This document shows, in pieces, positions 53,791 to 64,000 of a stretch of 64,000 bases of DNA (position 1 is the stretch's first letter; each line of letters begins with the position of its first letter). The stretch is from Octopus vulgaris. Lineage: Eukaryota. The notes under the pieces are model-generated. The model was not told the origin of the DNA. It ran no database searches and saw only the letters and a list, made by a program, of their open reading frames with translations. Made by a program: the position numbers and the translations under genes. The DNA is taken from NCBI GenBank assembly GCA_951406725.2, contig OX597815.1, forward strand, positions 132,370,001 to 132,434,000, read 5' to 3'.

Positions 53791-56700
53791 TCTTCTTTTC
53801 GGATTATGGCTGCTGTTGCTTTTATGTTTTCTCATTGTGTTCAAGGTTTTTTTATGTCCTGTACCCATATATGCATGTATATATACATATATATGTAGGT
53901 ATGTACATATATGTATGTATATATGCATATATTTATATATTACTTATATTATTATGTGATCGAACGCTACGCATCCTTTTCCAAGTATATATATATCAAT
54001 GTAGTAATAATTTCAATGAAAACCTTATGCGTTAACGTAGTATTTTGAAAATAAATAGTACTATGTTATCTTTCCTTGAATTCGCATGAACTTGCTTGAA
54101 ATATTTTCCAAGGGCTTGGAAGGTCAGGAGGATCCTAATATTTCATACGTAATAGTTTGCAATAAAATACAAATAATAATTAAAAAAACCTTTTCTTTAA
54201 TCCAATATTTACGTTAGGAGAATATCATCAAGATCACCATTGATATTAAGTTTACCAAGAAAAGACTGATATGGTATGCCAGAAGACCGCTCTAAATTTC
54301 ATTCATTTAAAGCATAACAGTATATTTATTATATCAATCAATCAATTTTATACCTCACTAATACTTGCATTTACATCAAAGCACTGTTTAACTGCTATGT
54401 AAATATTTGGAAGTTTACTATTCTCAGTATTCAAATAAGTGCGTTATATTATATGTTACAGAGTGAAATGACCGAATTTATTGAGGAATTATGCTACATT
54501 AAAGGTTTTCTATTTTTTATATCGTAATTTCTGTCTTCATTCGGATAGTCAATACAATATTTTTTGTCTTCAGTATCATTGTACTCATTGCTTAGAAAAT
54601 ATACCTTTAAGCTATGCTGTAGGAAAGACGACTAAAACCATGTTCAAATCTAAAATATATTCTTCTAAGTCAACCAGAGGTCGATTCCACTGGCTTGGAG
54701 AAATACAGCTCGATATATGTCTGTTTAACAAGGGACTGAACTAGGAATTAAATTCCATTTACCCATAAATTTTTCTTCCTTTCAACCCTTCAGGAGACAA
54801 GATGATAATAAAAGAATCGCATGGAGACTATTATCGGTAAATCTTGCTTTACTATACGTCAGCAGTCTAAAAGTATCAGGATAAAACATGAGGAAAACAA
54901 AGCAACAGATGAAACATCACCGAGTTAGTGTGTTGATAGTTTTTAATTTATACTATACGGGTATTTTCGTATACGCCTTTTTTTTTTAACTAGTGTAATG
55001 ATTTAAAAATATATCACTTGAAATACTGTGAGCAGACGTTGGTAAGAGATCAGAGTGATAGCTTAAGATAACAGCTATTTTAGTTCATTCTACTGTAAGC
55101 AAATTATATACTTTTTAACTTTTTATTCGAGGATGAAATTTATATTTATCACAGCTAAACTTTATTTTAATCTTGTCTTTAAAAGAAACTTTTATTTACT
55201 TTGCACTAAGCTGCATATCTAGGTGTATTCTTCACAAGAAACATAGCTGGCAGCTTTAAAATCCTGCTTTTAAGTACCATGGATGTCGACATAAATTTTA
55301 TTCACTTTGAGATGGATACAGTAAGATAATCAATTATATATTCCTGTGCTTTAAGAACCATAGAATCAGTACCCAACTATGTCATACTATATCCATTCTT
55401 ATTTAAAACATTTTCATTACTCTTGTGCAAATAAATTCCCACGAAGAAAAATACATAAACGTCACAACCAGATATTTCTCCTTCCCTATAAAATGTACTA
55501 TCTTAAAGATAGTCAAGAGAAATTATATAAACTTTGATCACAACTTTCTGATACCAAGCAATTATCTTATTTAAATTTTACTTCAAAATTTGTCAAATTC
55601 TACATAAATGTTATGAATTCTGATTACTACTCAACTATGTGTTATCAACATCGTATGATTTCTAGTTAGGTCCATAAACGAAACATTAATATGCTAATTA
55701 GTAAGAAAGGGAATGTTTTATGATTACATAGGCTGAAATTTCAGTATATACAATATTATTTGCAACGAAATCATAGAAATGTCTTAAAGGTTGTAAAAAA
55801 TGATATTTTAAAAAATCCGAATCACGCAGTAAATCTTACTTGAAAGAGTAACGTAACCTAAATAATGTTGAAGATCGTGACTTTTGTATAATGAAAAACT
55901 GGAAAGAAGTATTGAAATTCTAGTTAAGGAAACTGGCAAGGCTGCTGAGCAAATTTTAGATGCTAAAACAATAAAATACAAATAGTAAAATATTTTCTTT
56001 AATTAACATTAAAGCTAATTGAAAAGAATGATAAATTGAGAAGGAAACGATTAAAAAAGAGGGAATATGGATAGAAATGTAACTGAAAAATGAACGCTAT
56101 TTGCATTCTTGAAAAGATGGAGGCGTCCACGTCATTCAAGATTAGGATGTAATATTCATCAAATAGGAGACGTTCCTGAATTATCAACCGATGTTTCCGT
56201 CTGTACAAATAGATGTATGTGTTAAGGGTGAGTGACTTTTTAGCATACATACTTTCTATTTAGTGTGTATGTAAAAGCATGTCTTCGGGTAAATGTCTTT
56301 ATGTTTATGTGTGGAGCGATGTATGTGTGTTTTGCGTGTGGTTCGAAGAAGAGGGAGAGGAAATTAATACTGTACAGGGTAGAAAATGATTTATGCAAAC
56401 ATTCGTATACGTGTAAACACAGAATCGCATACGATACATGCATATATGCGTCTGTACGCGTGCGGACTTTGGTGTGTATAGATTTATATATGCATATATA
56501 CAAATATATGTGAGTGTGTTTTTCTGTGTGCAAGTGCCAGTATTTATATGTACACGAATGCATACGTATGAACATCTTGATCTTTTATTTTTGCCGATGA
56601 AGATTTGGCGCCTGAAACGTCAAAACACAGTCCATTGTTTTAAAGGTTAAACTAATAAATTTGCTCAAACTCGTCTCCCAGTGCTTTCTTTATTTTGTGC

Positions 56701-56799
56701 TCAATGACTTAGGTATACACATAAATGCATTCATGTATGAATGCATGCACGTATGTACGTATGCATGTATGTATTTATATATGTATGCACGCATGTGTG

Positions 56800-56854
<55 letters not shown>

Positions 56855-58484
56855 GCAGAAAGAGAGTGAGAGAGAAAGAAGTGTGTACATATTTATGGAA
56901 TCGTATTCGTTCCAGGTATGCTGCATATATTATAGATAGAAATGCCCTTATTTACGAATGAATATTAAATATACCCATCCAATTGTCCATCCATCCATCC
57001 ACTTTCATTGCCTACTTATTCTTTTAAGGGTTATGTTGGCAGATCCCTCTGACACAACTCCCAAATGTTAACACTAGCAGCTACCGTCAGCAACCGATCC
57101 GGCTTGACCTTTAAGGGAACTAATTGAGGCTATAAATATAATACACCCACCTCATTTTCCTCCCCTTTATTGCCTACTAATTAACCTTGCTTGTGAGGTC
57201 TATTCTGTGATTTTATCCCCCCCCCCTAATTCTATGCACCCACCCATATTACCGGAAATACGATCACCCAATCTAGAAACATATCTAGACCACCCAATCT
57301 AGAAATATTATTTCTACTCTAAAGAAAGCAAGTTTGTGTTATGTATAAGTAAATATGCTCATACTTGAAATACGTGAAATAAATATGGGAGATGCCTTGC
57401 TGCACGCTGGAACTGCAGGAGCAATTTGAAGATATTGTAATATCTTCAAAGGATGGTGACTTAAGATATCACCATTTTAGAAACTCATCCCTCTTTCAGC
57501 AGTCACCTCAGTTTAATAAGCATTTTGCCGTTTATACACATTTTGCCGTTCGAAATGCTAAATAAAATACTAGTGAGAGTCTTTACACGATGTCGCATTA
57601 AATTATGTAATGTGGTATTGTTATCTATATTCGTTTCTTCTTAGAGTGAATTCCAGCATGCACATTGATTTTAACTCCATGACAATTGAATTAGTTTCGT
57701 CAGTTACAGTTTCGAGGCTATTTAGCTGACTCAGTGTGACAAGTTGACAAAGTGACAAAGCATGAGGCAATTTAATGTGATTGTCTGGACGCTGATGATT
57801 TGGTGACTCACTGGACATTCAGACTGTTTTAGTGAAGGAGGCTCAAACACACACACACATACACACAACAAAAGCACACATACAGACGCACGAGCACATG
57901 CGTGCACAATCACACATACATACATACAAACACACAGACACATATACACACGTTATACAGAGACATGCGTGCAGCGAAATATGTGCATATAGATAGAAAT
58001 AGTGAGAGAGAGAGAGAGGGGGAAAGTGAGATACATTGCAATTTATTAATTGAACATGATTACTACAAACACTTTCTCCACTCTACATACTCACAAACTG
58101 AAAGAAGAAGAAGGGAGGAACAGAGGCAGAGAACAAGAGAACCAAGTCGTCTGAAGTCAAATAAGTCAATCTCGAATCAGCGACGTTAGAATAGCTGGGC
58201 CAAAACGTCTGAGCCCCATAATGTTAGGCTCGTACTCTATTTAGAATTCACACAGAATATTGAAAACAATTTTACCTAGTAGAACGCATCGTTGGGAATA
58301 TAAATTGATATGATACACATTAAAGCAAGCAAGCATAAGAAATGTCAATGGTAGTATCGCTAGAAGTTTACAGCTAGGCAGGGTGAAGTATCTATTAAAT
58401 CTATAAAATCGTTTCTATTAGGAAAAGATTAACACACATGACGTGATATCAATACGAACCGACACCGTGATATTTCGTTTAGCG

Positions 58485-58735
58485 CAGTGTTTCTTAACCA
58501 TCTTTTACTAGTGGACCCCAATGATTCCTGTTTTACTTGGATGGACCCTCATAGCCAGTCATTGCTTAAAGCATCGTATCGTATGTTTATAATTAAACAT
58601 CCTAAATTGCATTAAAATATTGTTAATACATTTTGTGTATTGTAAAAATATAGCCAATTTAGTGCACAGAAATTTTACCCAAAAATGTTTTAGGGAATAC
58701 CCAAGAGTTGTATAGATCTCAGTTGTGAACCACCG
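58485..58735. mobile_element. hAT-type MITE
   Basis: TIR cagtgtttcttaac / gttgtgaaccaccg; 8-bp TSD gtttagcg / atttagcg. Confidence 0.75.
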
Positions 58736-59370
58736 ATTTAGCGACTTATTTAAAACTGGACACCGACGATGACATGCCTGTTGATTGAATGAAGAATCAA
58801 CAGCAATAGCACGTGACCCAGTTTGCAACAGAGGCAACGGCGAAACTCACTCTCTCCATTATAGTTATGGTTAGTCGTTACTGAAATACTTTCTTTTGAA
58901 TGTAAGCCATTTCCTGTAATGTTCTGTGACACGGATTCCTATCGTCTATGTTCTTGTATTGAATATTCAGTATTACTGCTGCTGCAAAGTTTATGGAAGA
59001 AATGAGCTGTACCAGACAATGGCCTTAACAATTGCCATGAGGATTTTTTGTGATTTTTTTATCTGTAGACTCCATGTACATGCCGTCACGTATTGAGAAT
59101 ACAAGTAATACAGAATATCAAGGCAATACCATTCTTTATTTATTTTCTTCCTGTCTGGTTTCTATTCTTTTAAAATTTTATTATTATTTTTCATACATAT
59201 CGGGATAATAAACGTTTGCACCATGCGATCGTTCTTTAAAATATTAAAGAACTACAAAGCTTTACATACTCTGTAACACATTTTCTGTACATGAATCAGT
59301 TAAAGTATAGCATATTGATATGAGCGTATTTATATAACTTGCAAGTTATATAAAATATGGACTGGCATAT

Positions 59371-59408
<38 letters not shown>

Positions 59409-59409
<1 letters not shown>

Positions 59410-59446
59410 TTCGTTTGTTTTCCACCTGCCTTCGTCTTTTGTTTAT

Positions 59447-59452
<6 letters not shown>
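59409..59452 (+). mobile_element. 43-bp 3'-terminal fragment of the PLE family at 7607-9640
   Basis: Reverse complement of 7620-7662; embedded in (TA)n. Confidence 0.85.
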
Positions 59453-59492
<40 letters not shown>

Positions 59493-59502
59493 CTCCATAT
59501 AC

Positions 59503-59538
<36 letters not shown>

Positions 59539-59575
59539 ATGTGTGTGTGTTTGTGTGTGCGCGCGTGTGTGTATG

Positions 59576-59857
59576 TAGGCACAACGGCCCAGTGGTTAAC
59601 GCAGCGGACTCGCTGTTGTAGGATCGCGGTTTCGATTCTCAGACCGGACGTTGTGAGTGTTTATTGAGCGAAAACACCTAAAGCTCCACGAGGCTCCGGC
59701 AGGGAAGTGGTGGCGATCCCTGCTGTACTCTTTCGTCACAAATCTCTCTCTCACTCTTTCTTCTGTTGGCCTGCTCGCTTAGCCAGCGGAGTGGCGCCAT
59801 TTGAAGGTTAAAAGAATGCGAAACGCATTGTGACCAGCGATGTATAGCAACATCTGC
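59576..59857 (+). mobile_element. tRNA-derived SINE family C
   Basis: Box A/B head; aligns with 44778-44975. Confidence 0.82.
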
Positions 59858-59989
59858 CCGTTGCAATTTCTGCCCGTCGTATTACGAAATATAATTTCCT
59901 TTACCCAGTTATCTTCATGGTTTACTACCTTCTGCACCCATGTATATCTGTATACATATGTAACCATACCTAGAAGGAAAGTATCAAAT

Positions 59990-60889
59990 TTGTCTAATAT
60001 ATCAAGGTCAGTCAAATGTATGTCTCTGTCCAGGGAAAGAGGGGAAAATGGAAGCATACCAAGAAACGAACAAACTGTGCACTACAAAAGTCAGAGAATC
60101 TCAAAGTGATGAACAAAAGTATGCACGGCTGACAAGGAATAGGATCTCCACTGCAGAATGAAGAGCAGTTGCAACTGCTCAGAGAAGCAAATTTTATGAT
60201 CTTATGAGCTTTCAATTATAATCCAGTTCATTATACAGATGACACTAGATTTTCTATTGGTGTAATGACAACTGAGTGCATATATTGTAAAGCAAGGAAG
60301 TAGTCTGGAGAGACACCTCCTCTATGCTGCAGTGGGGGAAAGGTTAAACTCCCTGCATCCCCCAAACTCCAGAGCCATTGAAGAAACTGTTGTCATCAAC
60401 TGACCAGGATTCCAAGCACTTCCAAAACAAAATTAGATAATACAACGCTGCACTACAGATAACATTATTTGGAGCCACAAGAGATTTAATTGAGCAGGAT
60501 TCATGCAAATTTTCAAAATCTAAGGTCAGATTTATCATCGGATTGGCTATCTACTACCTCTGTCAAAGGAATGACCAAAATCGGCCTTTCATAATTTATA
60601 GTCTGTACCTGTTTTTGGCTACAAAATAAGCCCACAAAACGTGTTTTTGAATTACGTGTATTTACTTTATATACATATGAGTTGAAAACTTTTTTTTAAC
60701 ATTTCACTTAACGGCTATGATCCCTGCTGGCGTGGGTTGGAGAGTTATTAATGTAGAAAGTTGGTATCTCAGCTACTAGTAGTTGAGACCTGCGTAATGT
60801 AGACGGCGTTTTTAAATTTCATTATTTTCTTTAACCCGGGCAATGAAAAATAATGAAGTTTAAAAACGCCGTCTACGTATTTCTACTAG
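59990..60889 (+). mobile_element. Deleted Helitron (Rep N-terminal Zn-finger remnant + 3' end)
   Basis: IGVMTTECIYCKARK*SGETPPLCCSGGKVKLP...PEPLKKL...SKHF..KIR*YN...GQIYHRIG.LLP at ~60256-60560. Ends cccgggcaa...CTAG|T at 60889. Confidence 0.82.
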
Positions 60890-60962
60890 TACATATATAG
60901 TTACAAGTAGACACACGCACAAACACACACACATATATGTGTCTATATGCGTGTAGAGTGTG

Positions 60963-61021
<59 letters not shown>

Positions 61022-61029
61022 TGTTTATA

Positions 61030-62330
61030 TATAGCGTGCGCTGGGTAAATTATCACCATTTTATATTTTTAATTTCGCGCATGCACATTGTTTGTTTTTG
61101 ATTTTTTCAGCTACACAGTATAGATAGTAGAGTCAGTTGGGCATCGTCTGTAATAAAGACAGTATCATGAGGCAATTCCCTCTGCAGAAATTTGGAAAAA
61201 AAAAACATTCTGTACCGCTTGGCATTCGCACCGGAAGTTTCAATATGGACATTTCAGAGTGTTTGGGTGTCAATCTGAGTACAGTGCAGCGGATTCGGAA
61301 AAGGTTGAATGAGGAAATGGTAATTAGGAAGGTACGGAATGTCGGAAAACTCACTCTGATCGTTCTGATAAGAAATTTTATAAGAATTTGTTGGTGAGAT
61401 CCAGACCGTAATTGACAACAATCTCTCCAAGTCAATCATGCCGATCGCCAGGGACATGGGAGTGTCTCAGTTTCTTATCAGGCAGGTACTGCATGTTGAC
61501 TTTCGGTATTCCTAATACAAGATTACAGTGTAACAATTTTTATCCTAAGCCATCAAGGACAAGAGGAAAACCGTGCTACGAAAGTTTTGAACAAACTCAA
61601 GCATTCCTTCCAACAGAACATTTTCTGGTTTTTCTCATACGAAAAAAATTCTGCCACGATCAGATAATGAACACATAGAACAAACGTTGGCTTGCCGTAT
61701 CCTCGAAACATGTACTAAGAGTGAAAAAAGTCAAACATCCAGTCAACATCATGTTGTTTGGAGTGATCACTAGCAATGGTGACGTTATGCCTCCATCTCA
61801 CCACACTGCCTCAGATCAACACGGTGGCCTACATCAAGTGCCTGGAGAAGGCAGTGCTACCTTGAGTCAAGAGGGTGGCTGCTAGAAGACCCTATGTCAG
61901 GCAACAGGACTCTACACGATGCCACATAAATAGGAGAACCCAGTCATGGCTGTCAGACCATTTCTGCCACCACATCACCCCCAACATCTGGCTACCTAAT
62001 TCTCCAGACTGCAACCTCCTTGATTATTATGAGTGAGGCGCAGCTGAGCGTGAGCCCAACAAAACTCCTTGTAACACCAAAGATGAAATAAAGGCAAGCA
62101 TTATGGCAATATTTACCAGCTTAAACAAGAAGACTCTCCAGAAGAGTTGCAGGAGATTCTAAAGTCGTCTGGAGACCGTGATTAAACTAATAGAGGTTTT
62201 ATTAGATAAATTTACTCTTTAGTATTTCAAGATATTTTTATGTAATTTTGGTAAATATATCTGTTAAAATGGGATGTCAATGTTATTTTCATCCTTGCGT
62301 AATTTAGACGACAATTTATTCACTTGTGTA
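61030..62330 (+). mobile_element. Tc1/mariner DD37D (maT-like) transposon, ~1.3 kb, decayed
   Basis: FGVITSNGDVMPP and QQD-37aa-D (WLPNSPDCNLLD) at ~61900-62025. Degenerate TIRs (taaatt.tc / gacaattta) in TA context. Confidence 0.85.
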
Positions 62331-63177
62331 TATATATGGGAGTGTTTTATAGGTATACATATGAATGTTTGTGTGTTGAAGTTTATTTGATATACGTCTG
62401 AATATGTCAATGAATGTATTTGTCGTGTGGTGATGTTTTCGTATATCCACATTCCTAAACAGCTACTGCGAATTATTTTGATCTGACGTGACCAGAATGT
62501 TTTCTTTCTTTCAACTGATTTTCTTTTATTTATTAAACTTTCTTTATTACAAAGCTGCCATTTTTCCTAACAGGCGTATTTCATGTTAAGTTACGGATTA
62601 CGTTTTCCGCTGTTTCTCTGACGCCAAGGACTAATTTATTGCTGTCTTCGAACGAAAATATGTGCGACAAACTTTCAAGGCATTCGCTCAGCCTGTTAGA
62701 AATAAAAGCCAAATATTTAAACCACACCCAACGTAGTCTTCTGATAATGTCCCAGGGTGGACGATACTTGAAAGAATATAGAATTGGTGGGATGGTTGAA
62801 TGGATGGTTGAATGGATGGATGGATGGATGGATTAATTGAGGATCATGCCTTGGATGTCATAAAATATTCTTCTGATTGATGTTGGATAAATCTTGGTTA
62901 TACAACGACAATTAAACAACACACGTATGAGAGCAATCTATTAAATAATGGCAAAATTCCAACCAGCAAAATTAAATTTTCACTGGACACTATTTTACTT
63001 CACCGATACCTTTGGTGGTGTTTGATCATCAGGCCGCGTATACCTAGGACTCAAAATTTTATTTTTTATTCGTTTTTTTTGTCATTGTTTTCGGTTTTTG
63101 CCATTTTTTCCGGTTTTTGCCATTTTTTTCGGTTTTTGTCATTTTTGTTTTTATTTTGTATATTCAGATGTCATAAT

Positions 63178-63585
63178 CGCAGGAGCGGCTTTGTGGTAAA
63201 AAGCTTGCTTCCCAACCACAAGGTTCTGGCTCCAGTCCCACTGCGTGGCACTTTGGGCAAGTAGCTTCTACTATTGCCTCGGGCCGGTCAAAGACTTGTG
63301 AGAGGATTCGTTAGAAGGAAACTCAAAGAAGACTGTCATACATATGTATATGTATATATATATTTATGTGTGTGTGTCTTTGTGTTTCTGTTTGTCCCCC
63401 ACCCCCTGCATCACCGCTTGACAACAGGTGCTGATGTGTTTACGTCCTAGGAATCTAGCGGGTCGGCAAAAGAAATCGATAGAATAAGTACCAGGCTTTA
63501 AAAATAAGTCGCTTCATTCGAATAAAATTCCAAAGTGTTGACCCAGCATGGCTGCAGTCTAATGACTGAAACAAGTAAAAGAGAA
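63178..63585 (+). mobile_element. SINE family A, older variant
   Basis: Aligns with 12168-12562. Confidence 0.87.
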
Positions 63586-64000
63586 TGATAAAAGATATTC
63601 AGTACGTCCTAGCGTTTTTGAGAATAAGTGATAATTTGACGAAGATTTGCCAGTTATTTTTAACGTTGATCTACTGATAGTTGTCTTAATGGTTTTGAGG
63701 CGACTGCATGAATACTCTGAAATCTAACTTAACCCAATCAATAACAATGATTTAAATAAATCACAGGAATATGTCAAAAATATAAGCTCGGTGCCACAAT
63801 AGGTAGTTTTGGATGGTTTTACTTTCTAATTTCACTTACGATATAATCCTATATTTCTGGAGGTTTGCACATGCTTCATTGAAATACAGTAATTAATCGA
63901 CTATCACGGGTGTTACGTTCCAAAACTTCCTGCGATAGATGAAAATGCGCGAAGTAGAAACAGTATAGTACTGTATATATATATTTTTAATTATTTTTTA

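Noticed and set aside
57425-57450. 12-bp-arm hairpin tttgaagatatt-gt-aatatcttcaaa
   Set aside because: Short, AT-rich and isolated; could arise by chance or local template switch, with no supportable function.

Overview
AT-rich, microsatellite-saturated eukaryotic DNA. The abundant tRNA-headed SINE families resemble those of octopus/cephalopod genomes (inference). No host protein-coding exon could be supported, and most listed ORFs are microsatellite artefacts. The window consists largely of decayed mobile elements: at least six Penelope-like (RT and/or GIY-YIG) fragments, two Helitrons, two DD37D Tc1/mariner remnants, a CR1-type LINE 3' piece, several SINE families, MITEs and a possible solo LTR. 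Three things stand out. (1) Three ~1.7-2 kb RT-less elements encode only a Gag/ORF1-like CCHC zinc-knuckle protein. Two of them lie head-to-tail at a fixed register next to a 16-nt motif and share a ~40-nt 3' tail with a SINE and two other fragments. (2) There are many self-cleaving ribozyme motifs: five or more minimal hammerheads and one HDV-like fold heading a short RTE-like element. (3) Long fold-back inverted repeats made of retroelement 3' ends recur at (TA)n tracts.
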